Assembly (NCBI GenBank): GCA_023334545.1
Contig: JAADVB010000146.1
Span: 1-47,455, forward strand
Direction of reading: 5' to 3'
Length of the DNA: 47,455 nucleotides
DNA from: Salisapilia sapeloensis CBS 127946
Lineage: Eukaryota > Protista > Oomycota
Under the pieces are notes generated by a model. The model did not search any database, had not been told where the DNA came from, and was given only the letters and a program-made list of their open reading frames with translations. Position numbers and translations under genes: made by a program. The number at the start of each line of letters is the position of its first letter. The first letter of the stretch is position 1. Below are positions 20,961 to 31,937 of the stretch, one piece after another.

Positions 20961-23905
20961 TTAGGAAAGTAAGAGGAGTGTATGGCTACCACCACACTCC
21001 ATCTTGGTAACACGTTGCTGTCGATCCATCGAGGCAGTCGTTTCACCAGAGCTTAAGACGACTTCGCCATTCCGATACAAGATCGCGTAGTGGTTCTCAC
21101 CACTCGACACGGCCGTCGGGACACTACTCACGGTCTCTCCGATCTCGACGTGCTTTGGGAAGAGTGGGAGTTCATCGTCTTCGTCCTCCACGATCGACTC
21201 GGCCGGGTCTTTCCCACACACAAAGACCCACGCCTCGCCCTTCCTCTTCGTGGCGACGAGGAAGAGCATGAAGGACGCACCCGCCGCAACTTGGAGGACC
21301 CGGATTTGGTCACTCGGCGCGAGTGCCATCACCTGCTTGGGTTCGCCCACATCCATCCAACATCCATGCCCAAGCTGTCCACTATCTCCTCTCCCCCACG
21401 TGAACACTGCGCCAGAGAAGGTAACGGCCATGGATTGCGACGGCCCAGCTCGGATACAAGCGACGCCATCACGATACTGGACGTCATCCCATCGTTCAAC
21501 TAACCAACAAGTCGCAACGCTGCCTACCTCTTTCTTATTACTAGCTCTACCTAGTTGTCCGTATTCGTTGCTTCCCCAGGAAAAGAGCTCTCCATCCGAC
21601 GATAGGACGAGGGAATGGTACTCGCCACACGCAACTTGCGTCATGAACGTGCCTTTCACAGCTTGCACGATCGTCGGTCGAGCGATCGGGAGAGACGCTT
21701 TCGCCGCGACGTCAAGGCCTAATTGAAAGTGCGAGTTGCTTCCCCATGCCAAGACATGTCCATTCACATCCGTCGCCAACGCATGATACGAGCCACATGC
21801 CACCTCCTTGATCTGGAGGTTGGCGAGACTGCTTACCCGCTGCGGTTCCTCCACACGTCGCATCCAACCAGGGCCAGAGCGATGGAGACTACGATCTCCC
21901 CACGTGTACAAGTGTCCATCCGTCGTGACGACGGCAAAGAATCGATTGCCGACGCCAACGCTATGGATCGTCTGGTCCTGGAAGGCAGCTGCATCAACGG
22001 AGAGGAATCCTCCACGTTCAACTAGCGTCGTGTAGGACTGGTCTGTCCCGTCACTATCTTCACTATTCCCTCCTTCGGTACTCGTTTCCGAGATGAACCA
22101 ATCACCTAGTATCAAAAGTTGTTGACTAAAAGGACAAGGTGGCTCCTCTAGATCGTCTAGCTCTTTATGAGGTTGTATGTCTATATCTATCGCTTGACTA
22201 GTCGGTTGTAAGCTCTGGACGATTTGTCCATATGCATATTCTGTTTCACATCGAGGGATTATAAAGGAAGACGATGGGACGAGGACGAGATCATCGTCAC
22301 TAGATCTAGATGGAGGATGGGCACGTAGAAGAAAGTATTCCAAGGCGACTTGGAAAGTTGCAAGAGTATACCCGAGCGTTGTGCTGTTCGAATTGATGAA
22401 ATGGAACTTGGTCACGTACTCGAGTGTAGATGCCAGGGGAAAGGTATGTGGCCAAGGTGTTTCTTTCATACCACTCTCTTGATAGGAAAGAGCACAGGCT
22501 TTGACGAAAGCTTGGACGAGGACGTATAAGAGTTCATCGAGAATGTCGTCTGTACTGAGTTCCAACCAGTCTATTCGCTTAGATGAGTAGAGCTAGAAGA
22601 AGGAGAGAGGAAGGACAAGTACCTAGAGACAAACGACGTTGACGTAGACGCTTCGTGACAGACGCATGGATGAGGTCGATGCAGTTTTTAAGAGCTAAAA
22701 GCATGTCTAGAGGTGTCTTTCGGTCAAAGACACAGAGAAGTGCATCCCGTGCATCTCTTCCGTCGATCTAGTAGACATTAGTACAAGTATGAGCTTGTGG
22801 TGTAGGTAAAAGAGTACTTGGAATTCTGGTCGAATGCCAAAGTCTTGTGGCGTACAGTGCCGCATGCCATGTAAGAGATGTGCGAGGTCGGTATCTTGTT
22901 GCCGACAAGTGTCTTGGACACGTAAGAAGAGCGTGTCGTAGATGTTTTCCATTAAATAGCACTCGACGACTTGTTGCATCGGGAGCATCATGTCTGTACG
23001 TGTGTCTTGGTCGGAAATACCTGCTAAAGCACTGTTTTCTAATAACTGTTGGACACTTTCTTCCCATACTTCTTCTAAGACGTTGGGAAGAGAAGCTGCA
23101 TGCTCGAGATAAGCTTCTGGATTCGAGCACAGGTCATGGATTTCATGGATGGTTTCATCCAGATCGGTAAACAAAAGTTCATATTCAGGAAAAGAACGAA
23201 GTAAAGCAGTGTAACGACGAAAAGTAGCGACGTCCATCTCGTTCGGATCTTCTGGGAGCTCGAGACCACCGGAGAGTGGACGACTGACGTGTAAGATCTT
23301 GATCTGAGGCTAGAAATTAGCTTATAAAGTAAGTATTTACTAGTAAACAGTGTATACCTGCTGGTGGTGGATCTGTCGGTCTTCTGTGAGCAAGATACGC
23401 ACTTGCCTTTGATCCGAGAAACCCCATTTCGTGTGTACGTGAGAGCCGAGGATGGATACATATCGTCCTAAGGATACAAGAATGTTTATACATGCTTTTT
23501 GAGTCTATTGTAGCCAAAGAGGACCATCGAGAGTGACGTATTCACCCGGTTGTGCAGTGTCTTCGTCTTCAGGAGGCACGAGGAAGTGCATTTTGATGTC
23601 TTTACTCGACAATGGCGGCTCTGCGACCAGTGATCGTTGTTGGGGTACACATAAGAGACCTTTGGGTGGTATTTCTACTAGCCTTTCACGCAATGCGTCC
23701 TCGAGCGCCTGGAGAAATGCATGCTTCATCGAGCTCAATAATAAGTTCTTCCTTGCTTGCTTCTTTTGATGTTCCACTTAATAAATATATGTCTTGTATA
23801 AGATAAAGATAAAGAAAAAGAAAAGAGGAGGATGCAGAGGCAGGAAGGATACGCTGTTCGATGAGACGAACGTATCTTGCTTGTGGATAGATATGTGGTA
23901 TGCAT
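20961..23905 (-). CDS. VPS9-domain Rab GEF with VARP/ANKRD27-like N-terminus and C-terminal RCC1 repeats (6 exons: 23905-23872, 23776-23525, 23467-23358, 23309-22818, 22767-22623, 22570-20961)
   Basis: Hand-spliced frame is continuous. VARP-like LCVPQQRSL..HFLVP..YVTLDGRYVSI..GF..VRIL. VPS9 motifs STDDILDELLYVLV and LGYTLATFQVALEY. RCC1 repeats VACGSYHALA, VACGEYHSL, WGRGDSGQLGHG. Exon 1 and its AAG acceptor are tentative. Confidence 0.8.
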
Positions 23906-24266
23906 GCTGTGATGTATATCATGCGTTCATCCTGGTTTGGTTAAATGATGAAAAGATGTGATCATCCGGTCGTACTTGAAGTAGCCAGATCGAGGATAAG
24001 TAGGAAGAGCATTTGCTTCTGGACTTGTCACTACTGAGCTGGTCTTGCCATACGCTACAAAGACGTAAAAGTATGCTCTTTATAGCAACATGACGATAGG
24101 AAAGGTAGAAGTACGAAGGTAGATACGACCATCATACCCGAATCGAAAGCATAGCGACAGGATCTCCAAAAGAAAAGAAAAGAGGTTGAAGTTGATGGAA
24201 ACGTGTTGTGATAGGTCAAAAAGGAGTCTATGACGCAGTATCTACGAATCCGCGGCTGAAGTAGCT

Positions 24267-25719
24267 CTAGTCGATGCGGACCGACCACGGATGCTCCTTG
24301 CGGCCGTACTGGATGTCCTGCAGCTCATCCCAGAGACGCTCGGCGAGCATACCAGCCTTGCCGCTCTTGCCTGTGAGCGGAATGTCGAGGTCCTGACCTT
24401 GGTAGCTAATGGCCTTGACTGGCGTCACGATGCATGCCGTGCCACATCCAAAGACTTCCTTCACGCGTCCTTCATCCACTGCTTTCTTGACCTCTGGCAT
24501 GGTGAATTTACGTTCCGAGACCTTGAATTCCCCCCATCCACGAGTCAATTCCAAGATCGAGTCTCTTGTGACACCCGGGAGAATGTCACCACGAGTCAGT
24601 GGCGGTGTCACGAGCTCATCTTCGCCCTCTTCGTTCACCCAATGCATCATGAGGTTCATTGTGCCCACTTCAGTTACTTCATGGTCATCTCCAAAGAGCC
24701 ACAAGTTCTGCGCGTAGCCTTGGTTGCCAGCTTCAATCTGAGGCAAGATACCAGGCGCATAGTTTCCACCAACCTTGAAGCCACCAGTGCCACCCGGCCA
24801 CGCTCGGACGTAGTGATCTGTCGCGAGGAGCTTGACGGCGTTGAAACCTTCCGGATAGTATGGACCGACGGGAGATAGGATGACAAAGATTTTGGCTTTA
24901 GAGGATTGGCCGACACCAATGTGATCATCCGTGCTGATGCCAGTCGGACGAATGTACAGCGAGTACCCGTCGCCTTCGGGCACCCAGTCCTTGTCGAGCT
25001 TAATGAGCTCTCTAGAGTAGATTTAGTATAGAACGAGAGATGGATGTACATTTAGCTTACTTGATGCATTCGACGAGCTGCTCGCCGTCAAAGGTGGGGA
25101 GCAAGAGGCGCGCCATGGATGTGTTCATGCGCTTCATGTTCATGTCTGGACGGAAGAGACGAACGTCTCCGTTCGGGTCGACGTATGCCTTCATACCTTC
25201 AAAGCACTGTATACAAATGAGAAGTGATAGCGATTTGGTAGAGATTTTAGGAGTACTTCGAGAGCATAGTGGAGAGCAGCACTGGCCGGATGTAATTCGA
25301 GCGAGCCAAATGGACTAAACCATGGGTCAATAGGATGCTGATCAGTACGTGGGAGGAGAATAAGTACCGAATGACAGGGTTGCTCCATCCTTTACCGCCT
25401 TCATAGTCCACTTCGAGCATGTGGTCCGTGAAGGATTTGCCAAATTTAAGTTGATCCTTGGGTAGTTTCGGCTAGTTACAGGCGTGAATTAGTGGTAGAA
25501 TCGAGGTAGGATGATAAAAATGTCTACCTTAGGTTCTGTCGTCTTTTGGATTTGAATATTGGCCACCTAGAGCATTATGATAGGTATCAAAGGAATGATA
25601 CAATCGATATGGTCGTCAACGTGTACATTCACATCGCCAATGGCTGCAGAGGAAAAGCGAGCCAATTGTGTAGTCGAGATACGTGCCGAAGTTCGGCGGA
25701 GGACATTTGCTGGCAACAT
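24267..25719 (-). CDS. BCAT: Branched-chain amino acid aminotransferase, probably mitochondrial (6 exons: 25719-25627, 25566-25528, 25471-25368, 25314-25257, 25206-25061, 25011-24267)
   Basis: [44 protein letters not shown]-lysine [31 protein letters not shown]. Arg/Ser-rich presequence [13 protein letters not shown]. Five introns of 49-60 nt keep the frame. Confidence 0.93.
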
Positions 25720-26113
25720 ATTCCTTGTGATGTACGTGTAGAAAGCTAGAATGAACTGGTGGCTGCTTTGTAATGGCCAAACACCTCAGCAAGAAGATTA
25801 GATGAGGGATGTAGAAGTAGGGTGGCATACAATTTCCAAGTATAAATATATTTTACGACACTCCACAAGAAATTCCCATGTGCGAGTAGAAGAGTGCGTC
25901 ATCGGATCTTGAAGAGATGTAGCGCAGAGATGGAAACACCAATGACAAAGTTTAAAGATAGAGTTGTGAAACTGATCCTAGCAAGCTTGAGTACGTGGAT
26001 AATGATGTAGACCATGTATACTATTACTTAGAATAGGCTATCGAGGACGAGTGCACTAGATGACTATAAATAGCTACTCGTGTCTCTCCAACGTCTTCCG
26101 TTTTATCCTCGGG

Positions 26114-26128
26114 CCATTCGACATTTTG
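26114..26128 (+). promoter_or_regulatory. INR-FPR-like core promoter element
   Basis: CCATTCGACATTTTG about 60 nt upstream of ATG 26188. Confidence 0.4.
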
Positions 26129-26187
26129 CACGGTGCCAGCGACAGCTACCCTTCGACAGCAGTTAAGAACTGAAAGACTAGAACAAC

Positions 26188-26562
26188 ATGGGAGGTGCCA
26201 GTTCTGTGATCGCAAACACGCCGTACGACGCCGATAAATTCCAACAGTCAAAGACAGTCATGGAGTCCGGCGCCGACGACGCCGAAAAGTTTACCAAGCT
26301 CAAGGAGATCTGGGCTCCACCCGGTGAAGCTGCCGGTGAAGCTGCGGGTGAAGCCACCGGTGACGCCGCAGCTCCTCCCGCGGAAGCCCCGGCAGCCGAA
26401 GCGCCCCCAGCCGAAGTGCCACCAGCCGACGCCCCTCCAGCCGATGCTGCAGCTACAGAAACGCCGGCAGAAGCTGCCCCGGCAGCGGAAGCTCCAGCAG
26501 AGAATGCCGCTCCTGCAGAGCCTCCAAAGGAAGCGGAAGCTGCTCCAGCAGAAGCTCAATAA
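26188..26562 (+). CDS. Small putatively N-myristoylated protein with Ala/Pro/Glu-rich tail
   Basis: MGGASS fits MGxxxS. A short helical segment is followed by about 80 aa of A/P/E repeats (APAAEAP). Coding-like composition and an upstream INR-like motif. Confidence 0.7.
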   Translation: MGGASSVIANTPYDADKFQQSKTVMESGADDAEKFTKLKEIWAPPGEAAGEAAGEATGDAAAPPAEAPAAEAPPAEVPPADAPPADAAATETPAEAAPAAEAPAENAAPAEPPKEAEAAPAEAQ

Positions 26563-26942
26563 CGTCCTTTACTGACCAATTTGAAGGCATTTCCTCTCTT
26601 GCTCATCGACATGACTAGATAAACATTGTCATGTCCATCTAAACTAGCAAGCATAGAACTTGTATGCCTCGTTGTACATGGCTCAAGTAGTTTCCACTCT
26701 TTCCAACTTGCAATACAAATTCTTTAATCCAACTCATGTGCATTCCACCTGAAGTTTTACTCAGATGCGTGGCATTCTGTGACTTAGCATTGGAACCAAC
26801 AATTTCGTCACTTACATATATACAGAGGAGACCGTCGATCTCTACTACTTTTTCGCTGCGCCGTGATCGACCGCGCAGCTTTCTTCCTCTATCTTATACA
26901 GTTTCTACACGATCAATCGTATACGCTATAAATTCTACTCCA

Positions 26943-29369
26943 ATGACTGCGTCAAAAGCACTGGATGGTCCGAAACCAGCTTCCAAGCTAAATGCGAATG
27001 CCAAGAGCTTTGTCTTTAGTCCAAATGCACCCGTTTGGACACCGTCAAAGCCGTTGCAATCAACACCAGCCCCAACACCAGCCCCTGCAGCAGCAGCAGC
27101 GCCATCGCCAGCTAAATCCACGTCGTCATCGACGTCCACGAGCTCGAAAGCGTCTTTAAAACCCACGGCCAAGTCCTTTGTGCCCAATGTTCAAGCCAAG
27201 CCGTTTGTCCCTCCATCTGTGCCTGTGCCAGAGACGCCGTCCACCCCTTCCAAGCCACAGGCATCAGATGTGACGCCCCCTACGTCGTCTCCATCGAAAT
27301 CCTCCGCCTCCGAGCCAGACACGGAAGAGAAGCAGGAGCCAGCACCTGCTAAGTCTTCTCTTGCTGCCTTTGCCGAGAAGGTAGAGCAGGAGCAATCGAC
27401 GAAGACTGAGGAAGAACCTGTCGTGCATGAGACGCCAGTTCCTGTCACGAGTGCAAAGGAAGAAGCCGAGAAGCGATTGGTGTACTCGATCCAGAAGCTC
27501 TTGGACATGGTACCAGCCGTGTGCCCGATGCCGGCATCTGTCGTCGACAGCATCGTCGCGTATGATAAGAACGCCAAGCCACCATCGTCGAAAGGTCCTC
27601 GTCGCTCGGATTCCTCTCGTTCGCTTCATCGCAATGCATCCTTTGGCAGTCGTCGCGGTGGTCGTGGTGGTCGTGGTCGTGGCCCAGAACCTCCATCGGA
27701 CAACTATGAGCCTCTGTCGATTAATGAAGAGACGCGTTGGAAACCAAGTAAGAGCAAGTCTCGTCTTGACACGGAAGAATCAGAGACGGACAAGGGCATA
27801 AAGGAAGCCAAGGCGATTCTGAATAAGTTATCGATTGAAAAGTTTGATCGTCTATCCGATCAATTGATTGATGTAGCCGTGCGATCAAGAGCCGTGCTTG
27901 ATGGTGTGATTGAAATGGTGTTGCAGAAGGCACAGATGGAATGGCATTTCGCGACGATGTATGCAGAGTTATGTAGTAAGATGGCACAGACGGAAATGCC
28001 GAATGTCGAGGGAGAGGACAAGTTAGATACGAATAAACTCTTCCGGAAGCTCCTGTTGTCGCAATGCCAGAAGGAATTCGAAGTCACGCCGTCGAGAGAA
28101 GGGTGGGAGGACCTGAGTGAAGATGATCGAGCCGAGAAAGAGTTGATCCTAAAGCGCGCGACGTTAGGACACATTCGATTCGTGGGTGAGTTGTATAAGC
28201 AACGGATGCTCAGCTCTCGGATCATGCACGAGTGCATCCAACGCTTGTTCGGTGACACAAATAAGCCGGATGAAGAGTCACTCGAGTGTCTTTGTAACCT
28301 CCTATCGACCATCGGACAGAAGCTCGAGGCGAGTGTGCGAGACCAAGCGGAGCTCGACCTCGTCAAGCAGTACTATGGTCTCATCCAGCGCCTCTCCAAG
28401 GTCGATAATGCTGTCCTCTGCACTCGAGTGCGGTTCATGTTGCAGGATCTATTGGAGCTCCGTCAGAATCGATGGCAGGCACGTCGGAAGGAGACGAAAG
28501 CCATGACGATCGCCGAGGTGCATGCCGAAGTGGCGAGAGAAGAGAAAGCCAAGGCCAAGGCTTCGAATACGCGATCGAATCGGAGTCAATCGACGTCTCA
28601 TTTCCCTGATCGACGTGGTGGCTCGGCATTAAATGCATGGAAGAGTCGTGGACAGAAGGATGTGGACGGATGGGAGACGGTGAAAGGTGCGAAATTGAAT
28701 AAAACGCGTAGTCAATCGGATCGTCTACCAAAGGACGATAAGGTCGTGAATGCTTTTTCGTCTCTAAAGAAGGAAGAGAAGAAGCCGGAGAAGAAGGAAT
28801 TGACGGAGAAGGAGTTTGAGAAGAAGGTGAATGGCATCTTGGAAGAGTTTGTCTCGCTTCAGGACTTGAAGGAAGCTGCGGAATCGTTGAATGAGCTAGA
28901 TAGTCGTCAACATCATGGACGTATCCCGACACAAGGATTGAATATGGGTCTAGAAAAAGGTCCGGCAGAACGTGATGCCGTGGCAAAGGTACTTGCCGAT
29001 TGGTATGTTCGTGAGATGGTGACGAAGGAGGAGATGAAGAGTGCTTTGGACGAAACGATGGAGTTTGCGGAGGATTTGGAGATTGATATCCCTAAGGCAT
29101 TGACCTACATCTCGGATATGATTGCCCCGAGTGTCGCGAATGGAGGCGTGGACCTCGTGGATCTCGTCGCAAGTGTCGAGCACTTGCGAGCGAATGGCAA
29201 AGCGGCCAAGGTTGTGGGTGGAACATTGCATCAGATGGACGAGGATGTCGTGAAGCAATTAGTTCAGGATACGCAGTTCGACCCGACATCGGTGTTGAAG
29301 GAAGAGGATCGACATGACCAAGGTCGACGAGACTTTTATCAAGAGTGGAAACTCGACTATCTCTTGTAG
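26943..29369 (+). CDS. EIF4G: Eukaryotic translation initiation factor 4G
   Basis: eIF4E-binding YSIQKLL (YxxxxLL). MIF4G domain (ILNKLSIEKFDRL, LGHIRFVGELYK, RVRFMLQDLLELRQNRW), KPKTI-like KAMTIAEVH, and C-terminal MA3 domain (GILEEFVS..AIEDL-like EFAEDLEIDIPKA). Start set at MTASK. Confidence 0.9.
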   Translation: MTASKALDGPKPASKLNANAKSFVFSPNAPVWTPSKPLQSTPAPTPAPAAAAAPSPAKSTSSSTSTSSKASLKPTAKSFVPNVQAKPFVPPSVPVPETPSTPSKPQASDVTPPTSSPSKSSASEPDTEEKQEPAPAKSSLAAFAEKVEQEQSTKTEEEPVVHETPVPVTSAKEEAEKRLVYSIQKLLDMVPAVCPMPASVVDSIVAYDKNAKPPSSKGPRRSDSSRSLHRNASFGSRRGGRGGRGRGPEPPSDNYEPLSINEETRWKPSKSKSRLDTEESETDKGIKEAKAILNKLSIEKFDRLSDQLIDVAVRSRAVLDGVIEMVLQKAQMEWHFATMYAELCSKMAQTEMPNVEGEDKLDTNKLFRKLLLSQCQKEFEVTPSREGWEDLSEDDRAEKELILKRATLGHIRFVGELYKQRMLSSRIMHECIQRLFGDTNKPDEESLECLCNLLSTIGQKLEASVRDQAELDLVKQYYGLIQRLSKVDNAVLCTRVRFMLQDLLELRQNRWQARRKETKAMTIAEVHAEVAREEKAKAKASNTRSNRSQSTSHFPDRRGGSALNAWKSRGQKDVDGWETVKGAKLNKTRSQSDRLPKDDKVVNAFSSLKKEEKKPEKKELTEKEFEKKVNGILEEFVSLQDLKEAAESLNELDSRQHHGRIPTQGLNMGLEKGPAERDAVAKVLADWYVREMVTKEEMKSALDETMEFAEDLEIDIPKALTYISDMIAPSVANGGVDLVDLVASVEHLRANGKAAKVVGGTLHQMDEDVVKQLVQDTQFDPTSVLKEEDRHDQGRRDFYQEWKLDYLL

Positions 29370-29612
29370 GAACAAATATAAGCGTCCATTTTTCTGCATT
29401 GTCATGTACTTGTTTCTAGGCGTTTTTATAGTATTGAGGGAGGTTGATGTACTCGTAGAAAAGATGATCGAAACTAGAGATCTACTTGGCATGTTTCTCC
29501 ATTTCCTAGGAACAAATCCATTGTCTCGTAATTATATATTTTGTTAATTTGACATTTAGTATGTCTTTGTGTGCAATTAATATGGTGCAGTGTTTAGAAA
29601 GCGACTTTTGAC

Positions 29613-30617
29613 ATGAATATGAGGCAGGGAGAAGGGAGGTTTACGAATGCTCGTAGCCAGCAGCTTTATTACGTGTCTACGTTCCCACCGGAGGAAGAGA
29701 CTGTGAGGGGTGTGGTGCTTTTCCTGCATGGTATTGGTGAGCATGTAGGACGCTTTGAGCATGTCTACGAGACACTGTGCAAGGATGGCTTTGGCGTCTT
29801 TGCGTACGATCTCGTAAGCCATGGGAAGAGCGATAACGATCAGAAAGATGAGAGAGCGCATGTATGTGCATCGAACTTCTGTGTATAACCTAGGTAATAA
29901 CATGTCGCTAGGCTCGTGACTATAGCTACTTTGTCAACGACACGAACGCTTTCGTGCGTCATGCAAAAGACGAGCTCTTGCCGGCACTATCTGATTCCCA
30001 TGCGTCGCTCCCATGGATCATTATGGGCATGAGCTTTGGAGGACTCGTTAGCATCTCGACGCTACTAAGTCGCGAACATACGTTCCAAGGACTTGTCCTC
30101 GCCGCTCCAGCAGTCGGTGTCGAGATGACTCCCATCCTGACGATCCAGTCGTGGTTCGCCAAGCCGCTGTCGGTCTTGATGCCCACCGCGCGGATCGTCC
30201 CGGGCGTCAACCTCGAAGGTACATCTGTGGAACCTTGTACCAGTAATGTACTCATTCTAGGTAGGTCTATCCCGCGATAAGGCATTTGTCGAGGACTATA
30301 TGAAGGATCCTTTGGTGTCTACGGACATGATGACGGTGCGCATGGGCGAGCAGATCATGTCTGCTCAAAAGAATGTGCAGAAGGATGCGAGTTGGAAGAG
30401 TGAAGGCGGTATCTTGTCAGATGTACCAGTTTTGATGGTACAAGGCGGTGCTGATAAAGTCGTGAGCGTCGATGTGAACAAGACATTTAGTCAAGAGATC
30501 GTGTCGAAAGATAGCGAGTATAAGGAATATCCAGAGCTATATCATTGCATCTTCTTTGAACCAGAGAAGGATCAAGTACTTGAGTACATCACCCACTGGC
30601 TCAAGGAGCGCTTTTAA
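29613..30617 (+). CDS. Monoglyceride lipase/lysophospholipase-like hydrolase, paralog B (3 exons: 29613-29861, 29912-30218, 30265-30617)
   Basis: FLHGIGEHV, YDLVSHGKS, GMSFGG, QGGADKV, YHCIFFEP. Introns of 50 and 46 nt restore alignment to paralogs A and C. Confidence 0.87.
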
Positions 30618-30783
30618 CACGAAAAAGAAAAGAACATGCCGGTCCTTTCCTTTTTCAAATCCTTTGGATGCACTTGATGGATTTTATTAGTATACAGTCC
30701 GAATACTTTCGTCTGTCCTACGCCCTAGTACAGAAGTCCAGAGCGTCAGCACACAAGTCGAGACACTCGGGATGCTGCTCAAT

Positions 30784-31865
30784 ATGAAGTACACGGTGAT
30801 AAGTACGTCTACTTTATAGTCCAAGGTCCTGCTATGATCCTGACGACCTTGTATTAGCTGTACTTTTCTCCCTCGCATCCATGGGATGTGCCTTCTACGC
30901 ACTCGTCTACCCAGCGTGGTTCATGCAGCGCTATGAACGCGACGGAAAGAATGTCTTCCAAGGCTTTGGCATCTTTGCCTTCTACTCGACCGAAGGTCTC
31001 GACTCGCCCTTCTACGCATCGAAAACGATGCTCCAATACAGCGACTTTTGGTACGAATTGAGTAGACATTCTCTTCCATCTTATATTCATATGGACATGT
31101 AGCGAATCAGAGGAAGAACCAAACTACATGCTCGGTGACGGAGATGCCTTTCGAGAAGTCTTGTGTCATAAAGCAATCTTATCTGTACAAGCGACGACAG
31201 CGACAGGTGCCGCGACGTCAGTCGTGAGCCTCGTCCTCGCGATCTTCGCAGTCTTTAACCCGTCTGCAGGTTTCGCTGAGCGCGTCGTGTCGTTCTGTAC
31301 TTTAGCCTCCTCGCTTCTATTAGCTGTATCGCTTGTAATCTGGGGATGGCTCATCCAACAAAAGTTGTATCAAGTAGATAGTGTTAGTTCTGCCTACAAT
31401 ACGTGCAAATCGGACAATGATCAGTGGTCCTGTTGGTTCTACGGATACAGTTTCTGGGTCTGCCTCGCCTCCGTCATCATGCTGTCGGTCACAGGCTACC
31501 TCAGCTCCGCCGGACGTGCCGAGAAGATCAGGTACTTCCGTAAAGAGTACGAACGGGATCTTGCGACGGCCGTTCAGCAGTCCATGCAGCCGCATGCACC
31601 TGCCCCGACGCCGTACTATACTGGCAACCAGGAGACGCCGTACCAGCAGGCGCCTCCGTTCAATCAGGCACCCAAATACGGCCAAGACAATCGCCAGCAA
31701 CCGATCAACAACGTGCCATTAGCACCAACCGACAGCTATAGCTACAACCAGCAAAGCGGCTACACCAGCCAGAACAGTGGTGGGGAAGCAGCGTACCCGG
31801 CGTATCGTGAGCAGCGTCCGCACCACTCGGTGCTTGGCCGACAGCCGAGTGGTGGCGTCGTCTAG
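30784..31865 (+). CDS. Four-TM claudin/PMP22/SUR7-like membrane protein with Gln/Pro/Tyr-rich cytosolic tail (3 exons: 30784-30802, 30858-31050, 31103-31865)
   Basis: Spliced product has TM1, a loop with W..(Q)GFG and Cys residues, TM2-3, and WSCWFYGYSFW before TM4. Low-complexity P/Y/Q tail. Introns of 55 and 52 nt. The fold assignment is by topology only. Confidence 0.65.
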
Positions 31866-31937
31866 ACGCTACTTCTTTGTCTATTGCAAACACGCGACTA
31901 CTTTCACTTTTACGTTTACTTTCTAAATGTCTTTCTT

